Shown: positions 17,997 through 26,466 of the stretch, one piece after another
How the letters are laid out: every line of letters starts with the position of its first letter
Numbering within the stretch: position 1 is the first letter of the stretch
Notes under the pieces: model-generated
Seen by the model: only the letters and a program-made list of their open reading frames with translations
What the model was told of the DNA's origin: nothing
Databases searched by the model: none
Made by a program: the position numbers and the translations under genes
Assembly: GCA_036153155.1 (NCBI GenBank)
Contig: JAYZMM010000010.1
Location: 1 to 38,250, forward strand
Origin: Planctomycetota bacterium
GTDB lineage: Bacteria > Planctomycetota > Planctomycetia > Pirellulales > UBA7805
Direction: 5' to 3'
Length of the DNA: 38,250 bases

Positions 17997-19382
17997 ATGT
18001 TTATCTCAGTCACTCTTGGATTTGTCGTTATCGCCGCACTCAGTCTTTTGGCGGGCTTTATGCTGACTTGTCATGTCTGGGAACATCGGCGCTTTGTCCG
18101 TGGTGGATTTGGTATCGATCTAAGTTCACGATTTATTGGCAAAGTCGGAGTTATTGTGCCTTGCAAAGATGTAGATCTCAAACTGAAAGAAAATTTACGT
18201 TGTCTGTTTGATCAGACCTTCGCGAACTACGAGATTTACTTTGTTGTGGAGCAGGTGCAGGACCCCGCTTGGCGTGTGATCAGGAAACTTATCGATTCAG
18301 AAAAACATGTTGCGGCGAACCTAGTCGTTGCAGGGCAATCCTTTGAGCGAGGACAGAAGATTCACAATCTCCTGTGCGGATACAAAGCTTTGTCGCCGGA
18401 TATAGAAACCATCGTTTTTGCCGATTGCGACGTAGCGCCTGATCGCGACTGGATCTCGCGTCTAACAGCCCCGCTTCACTTAGTTCAAGTACACGCGGTA
18501 AGTAGTTATCGTTGGTTTTTACCGCTCAAAGGGACCTTCGTTAACTTCTTGCTCTCGAGTATTAATGCTGCAGCGATGGGGCTAACCGGTTCTCGTCGCG
18601 ACGCCATCATTTGGGGGGGGAGTTGGGCCATAACTCGTCGAGTATTTGATGGAGCAGAAATTCCAAGGCTATGGCAAAAGCTGATCTCTGATGACCTGTG
18701 CGCGACGCGTCGATTCAATCAACTGCGATTGAATATTCACTTTGAGCCACGTTGTATTGTAAAGACACCGATCGATTATTCTTTCAGCGGGATGTGGGAA
18801 TTTCTTCGTAGACAGTGTTTTATGGGGCGTCGGTATTTGCCGGGACGATGGCTTGCTGGTCTGGCCTATACTTCGGTGAACATGCTTGCTTTCTGGGGCG
18901 GGCTATTAGGAGGGATATCTTTGGCCATTGGCGGTCATCAGTGGGCGGGTGTCACTGGGGTTGCAGTGGCAGCTCTCCTTTGGATTTTGGGCGCCATCCG
19001 CGCTCATTGGCGGCATGGCGCAGCGATATTTTACATGAGAGGCGAATACAAGCAGCAGCAACGAGCACGCTGGTTTGACTTGTGTTCGTATCCTTTAACG
19101 CTCACCTTCCTGTGGTGTGCGCTATTGAGCGTTAGTGTCGCGCGTTGCATTCGGTGGCGGGGAATTCTCTATCACCTCGACAAGTCAGGCACCGTGCTTC
19201 GTGTACAGCGTGATGAACTTGCTGCCAACGGGCCGACGCCAGGGCTGATTACCTCGTCTGAAAATCAATCAGCACAAACCTCGGTTGAGTCAAAGTTCCC
19301 TCGTCTTAAACTCCATGTGTCGGATGCCGAGGAGGCAGTGGGCGATATCACCATGACTCCGCACAAGCAGCGTGCCGCGTAG
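17997..19382 (+). CDS. Membrane GT-A glycosyltransferase, GT2/GT21 (HpnI / ceramide-glucosyltransferase-like)
   Basis: N-terminal TM helix; VIVPCKD, GQKIHNL, FADCD (DxD), WGGSWAI, ISDD, RRQ; three C-terminal TM helices; IRWRGILY. Confidence 0.85.
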   Translation: MFISVTLGFVVIAALSLLAGFMLTCHVWEHRRFVRGGFGIDLSSRFIGKVGVIVPCKDVDLKLKENLRCLFDQTFANYEIYFVVEQVQDPAWRVIRKLIDSEKHVAANLVVAGQSFERGQKIHNLLCGYKALSPDIETIVFADCDVAPDRDWISRLTAPLHLVQVHAVSSYRWFLPLKGTFVNFLLSSINAAAMGLTGSRRDAIIWGGSWAITRRVFDGAEIPRLWQKLISDDLCATRRFNQLRLNIHFEPRCIVKTPIDYSFSGMWEFLRRQCFMGRRYLPGRWLAGLAYTSVNMLAFWGGLLGGISLAIGGHQWAGVTGVAVAALLWILGAIRAHWRHGAAIFYMRGEYKQQQRARWFDLCSYPLTLTFLWCALLSVSVARCIRWRGILYHLDKSGTVLRVQRDELAANGPTPGLITSSENQSAQTSVESKFPRLKLHVSDAEEAVGDITMTPHKQRAA

Positions 19383-19549
19383 CAGCGAAATCAATGCTTG
19401 CAGACTGCAGTCTGTTTTTTGAAAAAGAAGTCTACACAGTACGATTTCTTTGACTTGATGGCAAACTTTACCGATTAGGTAAAGATGGAGCCGTTTCTGC
19501 CGCGAACGTGGTAGATTCGTTGGAACATTCGTTTTCGATGAGGTTTTTA

Positions 19550-20932
19550 ATGATGCGGATCGTACTTTGGGACACTAATCACAATGCCGTGCAGAAAGAT
19601 TACGCAGGCGGCATGGGAACCGGACTATTTCGAGGTCGTCGCGATTTGCGTGATTGGCTTATCGCACGCGGTTATCGGCGCGATCGTCGGCCGGTCGCCC
19701 TGAATTTTGCCTACATGGGCGGTGTGTTTCGTCAGTTGGGACACTCGGTTCAATACGTTTGCGATGAGTTTCCGCCCGAAGCTGATCTTTATGTCTTCAA
19801 TCCGGCGCTGGTGAGTCTTGGATTTGAGCATCAGATGATGCAAAGGTTGCTCGCCGAACGACCCGAAGCACAGATTATCGTCACTGGTCCGATTGCCTAC
19901 GCCCTGCCCGAATCCTTTGCTGACTTATCGGTCAAAGTAGTTCGCGGAGAGGCGGAGATGTTGCTCTGGAAGTTGAACGAGGTGCTTTCGCACCCAGAGC
20001 AGGTTGTATCGGTCGGTTCAGTGAAAGACCTCGATACGCTTCCACAGCCTGATTGGTCGCTTTTTAATTACCAAAAATTTCGGATCAAATATGATTTTTG
20101 GAAATTCCCGACCGCGCTCGTTCAGCTAAGTCGAGGGTGTACATTTACCTGTAATTATTGCCCCTACATCATGGTCGAGAACCATACGCGCTTTCGGGAT
20201 CCGGAATGCGTCGTCGAAGAAATTCGCCATGGCGTAAAACAGTACGGATTTCGCTCTTTTAAATTTCGTGACCCACTTTTCGGTCTTGATCGCAAGCGGG
20301 TTTTATCGCTCGTCGAGAAAATCGGCAGTCTGCCCTTTAAGATTCAGTTTTCGATCGAAAGTCGCATTGATCTGATGCGACGTGAAACGCTTGTCGCCTT
20401 GAAGGAGGTCGGTTTGACGAGCATTACTGTAGGCATTGAGACACCCTCAGAAGAAACGCTGAGACGCTACAAAAGAGCACCAATTAAAGACGATCGACAA
20501 AGAGATTTTGTTCGTCTATGTCGCGATATGGGAATCCGCACGGTCGCCGGATTTATGGTTGGATTTCCTGAGGATACCGAGCAATCGATTCTAGGCGTGC
20601 TAAAATATGCACGCCAAGTCAACCCTACATATGCGAATTTCAATATTGTTACTCCTTATCCGGGGACTGAATTTTTCAATGATGTGAAAAATGATATCGA
20701 GAATTTTGATTTTTCACACTACAGCGTTTACGAGCCGATACTCAAATATAAAAATCTCACTCGCCAAAAAGTGGCAGAATTACATGCGCAGTGCATGCGG
20801 AAATTCTATTTCAATTCACGCTACTTTGCCGACAATGCGATGCTCATCTGGCCTTGGCTACGGAACTTTAAGAAATCAGATTCACGGGAAACACCAGTCA
20901 CCAGAGAAGCACCGATGCGTCGCGCGGCGTGA
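19550..20932 (+). CDS. B12-binding-domain radical SAM protein (HpnJ / class B-like)
   Basis: N-terminal cobalamin-binding-like motifs LNFAYMGGVFRQLGH, IIVTGP, VVRGEAE; SRGCTFTCNYC (CxxxCxxC); FRDPLF, GIET, FMVGFPEDT, TPYPGT. Start uncertain (19508-19553). Confidence 0.9.
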   Translation: MMRIVLWDTNHNAVQKDYAGGMGTGLFRGRRDLRDWLIARGYRRDRRPVALNFAYMGGVFRQLGHSVQYVCDEFPPEADLYVFNPALVSLGFEHQMMQRLLAERPEAQIIVTGPIAYALPESFADLSVKVVRGEAEMLLWKLNEVLSHPEQVVSVGSVKDLDTLPQPDWSLFNYQKFRIKYDFWKFPTALVQLSRGCTFTCNYCPYIMVENHTRFRDPECVVEEIRHGVKQYGFRSFKFRDPLFGLDRKRVLSLVEKIGSLPFKIQFSIESRIDLMRRETLVALKEVGLTSITVGIETPSEETLRRYKRAPIKDDRQRDFVRLCRDMGIRTVAGFMVGFPEDTEQSILGVLKYARQVNPTYANFNIVTPYPGTEFFNDVKNDIENFDFSHYSVYEPILKYKNLTRQKVAELHAQCMRKFYFNSRYFADNAMLIWPWLRNFKKSDSRETPVTREAPMRRAA

Positions 20933-20938
20933 GCGAAA

Positions 20939-21679
20939 TCACGATTCGCCGATTTGTTTGAGAATCTTATTGATGTTGGTGAAGACACTGTCAAACATCT
21001 CTTCAGTCAGTCTGCCGGTAAACGTATTTTGTTGACTCGGGTGGTAGCTGCCGACAAGTGTTAACTCGTTTGTGAGTTTTACCTCAGCTCCATGTCCGAA
21101 TTTTGGGCGTCGATCGTTACGCCAGCCCTCGGACTCGGCATATTTTAAGACCTGGCCCCACGCCAGCCCCCCAAGGGCAAGAATGACTCTTACGGGAACG
21201 ATTTTTAGGGTCTGCGCAAGCCATGGACGGCATTTTTGAATTTCTTCAGCAAGCGGTTTGTTCTGAGGAGGTGCGCAGTGGCAGGCGTTGGTGATCGCAC
21301 AATCTGTTAATTGGAGTCCGTCTTCAATCGTCGCCGACGTCGGTTGATTCGCAAATCCAGATTTTGCCAGTGCGCGATAGAGCCAATCGCCGCTGCGGTC
21401 TCCTGTAAACATTCGACCTGTACGATTTGCGCCATGTGCTCCTGGGGCCAAACCGACAATCAACAAACGCGCTTTTACATCACCGAAATTTGGAACAGGT
21501 TTTCCCCAATAGACTTGATCTTGATATGCTCGGCGCTTTTCGATTGCCACCTGCTTGCAATATTCGGTCAAACGCTTGCATGCTGTACAGGTGATAATTT
21601 TCTGATTAAGCGCGTCCCACGTAGCGATCGAGTCTTGTAACGACTTTTCCTGAATCGACTGGGTCTTCTTCCTGTGCAT
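20939..21679 (-). CDS. udgB: Uracil-DNA glycosylase, family 5 (Fe-S cluster type)
   Basis: CTAC...C...C cluster ligands; [22 protein letters not shown]; [15 protein letters not shown]. Confidence 0.92.
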   Translation of the reverse strand: MHRKKTQSIQEKSLQDSIATWDALNQKIITCTACKRLTEYCKQVAIEKRRAYQDQVYWGKPVPNFGDVKARLLIVGLAPGAHGANRTGRMFTGDRSGDWLYRALAKSGFANQPTSATIEDGLQLTDCAITNACHCAPPQNKPLAEEIQKCRPWLAQTLKIVPVRVILALGGLAWGQVLKYAESEGWRNDRRPKFGHGAEVKLTNELTLVGSYHPSQQNTFTGRLTEEMFDSVFTNINKILKQIGES

Positions 21680-21688
21680 GGGTGTTAT

Positions 21689-23530
21689 TTAGAGCATGTC
21701 GGTCAATTGATCAACAAGGTTGGCAAAGCGGTTGAGTGCGGCAACGATCGGCGATTTCACCGTCATGTCCACTCCCGCGTCCTTGAGTAACTCAAGCGGA
21801 TATTTACTTTGCCCCGATTTGAGAAAGTTCAAGTAATCGGTTAGTTCTTTGCGTCCGCCTGACGTTACCTTTTCGGCTAGCGCAATGGCAGCCGACATTC
21901 CGGTGGCATATTTGTAGACATAGAAAGCGCGATAAAAGTGTGGAATCCGCAGACACTCTAGTGGCGCATGGTGGTCTATCTCTAATTGTGGGCCGAGATA
22001 CTTGATTAACAGTCGGCGATACAAGTCTTGGAGTGACTCAAGGAGAATCGGTTCACCTGCCTCACACATTGCATGGGTTTCGCGTTCAAATTCTGCAAAC
22101 ATCACCTGTCGATAAATCGTTCCACGTATATTGTCAATCTCTCGGGCAATTAAAAGTTGCCGTTGTTTCTTGTTCCTGCAATTTGCAAGAAGGTGGCCGG
22201 AAAGTAATTGCTCATTGAACGTACTGGCCACCTCCGCCACAAAGATACGATAGTTGTAATCAGAGAACGATTGATGCTTGGCGGAGTAATAGCTATGCAT
22301 CGAATGCCCCGCCTCATGCGCGAGCGTAAAGACGTCGTTGAGAACGTTTTCTTGGAAATTCATCAGGATGTACGGGTCGCCATCGTAACTTCCGGCACTG
22401 AATGCGCCACTTGCCTTGCCAAGATTCGGATATCGATCACACCAGCCACCCTGTAGGCCGCTAGCCAAGGTCTTACGGTATTGAGCGCCTAATGGGGCAA
22501 TCGACTCAAGAACCACGTTGACTGCCTGAGTCCAGTTATGCGTAAAACGGACTTCCGGCAACAATGGCACGTATTGATCGTACAAATGAAATTTTTTCAG
22601 TCGAAGAGCTTTTGCCCGTAGTGCATAATAGGCATGCAGGGCTGGCAAATGCTCGCTGACGGTTTGTATGAGATTGTCATACAAACTGACCGGTACCCGA
22701 TCTGGAAAAAGGGCAGCCTCAAGGGCACTGCCATAGCCGCGCACTCGAGCATTGTAGACGTTCGTCTTAATGGATCCAGCAAGCGTTGAAGCCAGTGTGT
22801 GCTGATATTGAGAAAAGGTTCCGTAGTAGGAATCGTATGCCTTCCGGCGAACGCTTCGCTTGGGAGACTCCATGAACGATCCCAGGTTTCCGTGACCGAT
22901 TTCAACCTTCTCGCCTTTCTCGTTCGCGACCAAGCCAAACCGCATATCTGAATTGTGGAGTTGCTGGAACGTTTGCCCGGATGCGCTGTTCACTTCTCCC
23001 TGCATTGCAAGAATGCGCTCTTCACGTTGCGAAAGGGTATGTGGCTTATATCGCAATACACGTTCAAGTGCGGATTTCCAAGGCTTCACTGCTGGAGAAT
23101 CCAGCAGTTTTTTCATTTTCGCCGTCGAAATTGACAATAGTTCGGGCCGGATGTAACTGGCGAGCTCCTCTGCCTGCTGTGCCGCATTGCGAAACCGACC
23201 AAGCATGTTCTGGTAGGTGGTGTTAGTGGAGTCTTCTGCTGTCTTTAAAAATGCATAGTATTCGAGTCGCTCGGCGGCGCGTTCAATCTGATTGTCAAAT
23301 TCAAGACATGCTGCAACCGCTCGACCGCTTTTTGCAAGCGTTCCTCGAAACGTTGCATATTGTGGGATTTCTTTTTGCCAACGTTTGAACGCCTGTTCCC
23401 AGGCGGCATCGCTGGAAAAGAGACTACTGAGGTCCCAGCAGTCTTTTTGCTTCACCTTATTCCTTGCGGGAAGTTTTTTGATGCGAGGAGAAATTTTCTT
23501 CGTCTTCTTTTTTTTCACACGGGTTGTCAT
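21689..23530 (-). CDS. pepF: Oligoendopeptidase F (M3B)
   Basis: WDLSSLF, GKASGAFS, PYILMN, TLAHEAGHSMHS, FVAEVAS, RIPHFY, YVYKYATG. Confidence 0.97.
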   Translation of the reverse strand: MTTRVKKKKTKKISPRIKKLPARNKVKQKDCWDLSSLFSSDAAWEQAFKRWQKEIPQYATFRGTLAKSGRAVAACLEFDNQIERAAERLEYYAFLKTAEDSTNTTYQNMLGRFRNAAQQAEELASYIRPELLSISTAKMKKLLDSPAVKPWKSALERVLRYKPHTLSQREERILAMQGEVNSASGQTFQQLHNSDMRFGLVANEKGEKVEIGHGNLGSFMESPKRSVRRKAYDSYYGTFSQYQHTLASTLAGSIKTNVYNARVRGYGSALEAALFPDRVPVSLYDNLIQTVSEHLPALHAYYALRAKALRLKKFHLYDQYVPLLPEVRFTHNWTQAVNVVLESIAPLGAQYRKTLASGLQGGWCDRYPNLGKASGAFSAGSYDGDPYILMNFQENVLNDVFTLAHEAGHSMHSYYSAKHQSFSDYNYRIFVAEVASTFNEQLLSGHLLANCRNKKQRQLLIAREIDNIRGTIYRQVMFAEFERETHAMCEAGEPILLESLQDLYRRLLIKYLGPQLEIDHHAPLECLRIPHFYRAFYVYKYATGMSAAIALAEKVTSGGRKELTDYLNFLKSGQSKYPLELLKDAGVDMTVKSPIVAALNRFANLVDQLTDML

Positions 23531-23632
23531 GACAGGCTGATGATTCTTTTTTCAGGATGAATGAGAATTTCAATGCGCGGACCGCAACGGCGGTATCTTA
23601 GCGGAATGCGTGCGAAAGAGAACCCGCGCCGG

Positions 23633-24652
23633 CTACCAACTCAGTAATGCCGTACCCCATGCGAGTCCGCCGCCGAAGCCCGAGAGAATAATTCGGCTTC
23701 CCGGTTGAATTTTGCCTTCTCGAAAGGCTTCGTCGAGAGCCAACGGAATACTGCCGGCGGATGTGTTGCCGTAGCGGTCAACATTTACAATGACCTTTTC
23801 ACGATCAACATTCAGGTTTTCGGCTGCTGCATCGATAATCCGCGAGTTGGCTTGATGGAGGATAAAAAGATCAATGTCACTTACATCAAGTCCAGCTTCT
23901 CGCGTTACATCTCGGACTGTCGATTCGATAAGCCGAACGGCCCATTTGAATACCGGTCGACCTTCCATCCTCATAAACTGTTGACCCTGATTTGCCCCCG
24001 ATGCATTGACCGGATCGGCGGAACCACCCATTGGAATACAAAGCAAATCATGTCCGGATCCGTCAGCCCCGAGTGTATAGGCGAGAAGCCCCTGATCTGA
24101 ATTACCCGATTCGACGAGGACTGCACCTGCACCATCACCGAATAAAGGATATGTTTTTTTATCGTTTGGGTTGGCAACGCGGGAATTCGTATCGGCACCG
24201 ACCAATAGTGCAAGCTTGCTGGTGCCATTGGCTACGAATTGCATTCCGGTGATCATGCTGTAAATAAAGCCGGCGCACGCGGCCTGAATGTCGAACGCTG
24301 GAGCATTAATACCGAGCCGATCTTGAACCTGACAGGCCGTTGCAGGCATTGGTAAATCGGCGGTAAAGGTGCCCAATACCACCAAATCCACTTCCTCTGC
24401 TTGACGACCCGATTGCTCAAGGCAACGGGCTGCAGCAATTGTCGCCATGTCACTCGTCTTTATGTCGGCGCTCGCATGACGACGTTCTTGGATGCCGGTA
24501 CGTTGCACAATCCAGTCGGCATCGCAGCCAAGCGATGCTAAATCTTCATTAGCAACGATATGCTCAGGGACATAGCTGCCGGTTCCGATTACCCGGACAC
24601 CAGGTAAATGGAAAATGCGTGACTGACGGGTCTGTATCGATCTATCGGTCAT
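23633..24652 (-). CDS. fabH: 3-oxoacyl-ACP synthase III
   Basis: WIVQRTGIQERR, AACAGF (Cys), LFGDGAGA, HQAN (His), YGNTSAGSIP (Asn), GFGGGLAWG. Confidence 0.95.
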   Translation of the reverse strand: MTDRSIQTRQSRIFHLPGVRVIGTGSYVPEHIVANEDLASLGCDADWIVQRTGIQERRHASADIKTSDMATIAAARCLEQSGRQAEEVDLVVLGTFTADLPMPATACQVQDRLGINAPAFDIQAACAGFIYSMITGMQFVANGTSKLALLVGADTNSRVANPNDKKTYPLFGDGAGAVLVESGNSDQGLLAYTLGADGSGHDLLCIPMGGSADPVNASGANQGQQFMRMEGRPVFKWAVRLIESTVRDVTREAGLDVSDIDLFILHQANSRIIDAAAENLNVDREKVIVNVDRYGNTSAGSIPLALDEAFREGKIQPGSRIILSGFGGGLAWGTALLSW

Positions 24653-24743
24653 ACTCGCAGCGTCTCAATCGCCCTGTATGGTTCGTGGACTATCGTGCTG
24701 TGGATTCAAGAAGCCCACGTAGGCTACGCATTTCGAGTAGGAT

Positions 24744-25565
24744 TCACAAGCCCTGAATGGTGACAGGTCCCCGCGTATTGGCCGAGAGCACCGCTTCATT
24801 TTTTTGGGTCGGATCCGTTTTTGCCGTGATCGGATTTGCAGAAATACCTCGTCTCGATTTCCGCTTCTTTTTTCTTTTTACTAATTTTCTTCCACGTTTT
24901 CCGGGTCGTTCATAAAGGATCGCATTTCCTTGCTTTCCGACTTGATGGATCGCCCCTGTTTGACGCATGACATAAGCTATCCGCTGTGCCGTTTCTCTGC
25001 ACACTCCGAGCGATTCGGCCATCTGGCCCGTATGAAAAGGCCGCGGTAGCTTCAGATCGCCGAGCGGTTGCCAAAGATCCTCCACCTGACATAAACGTGT
25101 TGCGTCGTGAACGGCCAAGAGCTTTTGATCTTCGACAACAAAATCGTTTTTGCTCCACCGACGTCTTCTCCCATGTCCCGGATAGCGCCACTCTTCGACA
25201 TCGACCATGACGAATTCGATCACTAATCGTGGGTGAGGAAAAACGCTAGTGAAGTACAATAATTCATCAAAAATATCCAGCCAACGTGCGCGTTTCGGGC
25301 TTTTGCGACGACCGGCCACAGCACCTTTTTTCTTTTTGCGTTTAATGAGTTGCTTGGTGCGGAGGAGTGGCTTTACAACGAGCACCTGGTGAGATTTAAG
25401 GAGCGAGCTGACCTTATTGCGAATTGCGGATAAAGACCCATGCTGGATTTCAACAAGCCAATCACCTGCGAGCGCATCAATTCGATAATCGCCTAAAGGT
25501 ACCTCCAGGCAATTCCGGTCATCCGCATAGTGAGATTTCAGATCGCGATGCAATGATGTTTCCAT
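24744..25565 (-). CDS. Conserved hypothetical protein: PD-(D/E)XK-like nuclease fold plus C-terminal winged helix
   Basis: ETSLHRDLK, EV...YRIDA, LVEIQ; wHTH-like FHTGQMAESLGVCRETAQRIAYVMRQTGAIHQVGKQGNAILY; Lys/Arg tracts. Start placed at ATG 25565. Confidence 0.7.
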   Translation of the reverse strand: METSLHRDLKSHYADDRNCLEVPLGDYRIDALAGDWLVEIQHGSLSAIRNKVSSLLKSHQVLVVKPLLRTKQLIKRKKKKGAVAGRRKSPKRARWLDIFDELLYFTSVFPHPRLVIEFVMVDVEEWRYPGHGRRRRWSKNDFVVEDQKLLAVHDATRLCQVEDLWQPLGDLKLPRPFHTGQMAESLGVCRETAQRIAYVMRQTGAIHQVGKQGNAILYERPGKRGRKLVKRKKKRKSRRGISANPITAKTDPTQKNEAVLSANTRGPVTIQGL

Positions 25566-25680
25566 GCTCCGGCAATCTTGAAAAAGGAATGTGTGAAGTT
25601 CTGTTTTAGCGCCTTTGGTTTCATCGACTGCGCAAGCGGGTCGGCATGAGATTGAACCGATATCTTCCTCTCGGTTGGTC

Positions 25681-26241
25681 TCAGGAGGGTGTCTCTGCCG
25701 GTTCAATCCCGAAATCCTGAACCGTGAGCAAGCTTTTTAACCAGTATCCGCGCTCAAGAAATGCGGCTTCGCCCCCCTCAAGACGGTCAATGATTGCAAT
25801 CACTCCTTCAACTTCCAGGCCGAATTGCGTTGCCCGCTCGATGGCCAGCAAGGAAGACCCTCCTGTGGTAACCACGTCTTCCACGATCACAACGCGATCG
25901 CCCTCACGTACTGGACCTTCGATATAACGCTCTAGACCATGGCCTTTCGGCTCCTTGCGGACCATGAAGCCACGAAGAGGTAAAGTGCGACTGCCGGCTA
26001 GTGTTAATACTGCAGCAGTGATGGGGTCTGCCCCAATCGACATTCCACCCACCGCGTCAGGGAGCCGGTCACTCAAAAGTTCCAGAATCCCCTCACCCAC
26101 CAGGTGCGCCCCGGTCGCGTCGAGCGTGATCTGTTTTCCGTCCAAGTAATAGGACGCTTTCTTGCCCGATACGAGGGTGAATTCGCCAAATTGCAGTGCT
26201 TTTTCCCGAACAAGTGTCATCAAGGCGTTTTTATCGTACAC
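25681..26241 (-). CDS. pyrE: Orotate phosphoribosyltransferase
   Basis: GEFTLVSGKKASYYLD, VRKEPKGHG, VVIVEDVVTTGGS, IIDRLEGG. Start placed at GTG 26241, after GAGGA. Confidence 0.96.
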   Translation of the reverse strand: MYDKNALMTLVREKALQFGEFTLVSGKKASYYLDGKQITLDATGAHLVGEGILELLSDRLPDAVGGMSIGADPITAAVLTLAGSRTLPLRGFMVRKEPKGHGLERYIEGPVREGDRVVIVEDVVTTGGSSLLAIERATQFGLEVEGVIAIIDRLEGGEAAFLERGYWLKSLLTVQDFGIEPAETPS

Positions 26242-26466
26242 GGTGTATAGATTCCTCACGCATGAGTGCAGGTATTTTATCCAAAGATCCCTTTCGGGCA
26301 CCGAAGTGGCGTTTATTGTAACGGGCAGGCGGGCCGTGACCAGTCGCGAGGGCCAACCAGCAGCATGGACGCGGAAAAGATAGTTACGGTTGGGATTGGC
26401 GCTCCGTCGCTATCGTAGCGCTGTTCGACGCGGTTTGGCGACGTTCATCAAGCTGACATGCGTTAG

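Noticed and set aside
17997-19382. Ceramide-glucosyltransferase-like gene as a tailoring enzyme of the PKS-NRPS product
   Set aside because: It is more than 10 kb away and separated by unrelated housekeeping genes (folD, ppk1, serS, mtaB). Nothing in the sequence links them.
23633-24652. fabH as part of the NRPS KS III system
   Set aside because: It has canonical FabH motifs (HQAN, GNTS) without the OleA-type EP Glu, and sits in a housekeeping context 17 kb away.
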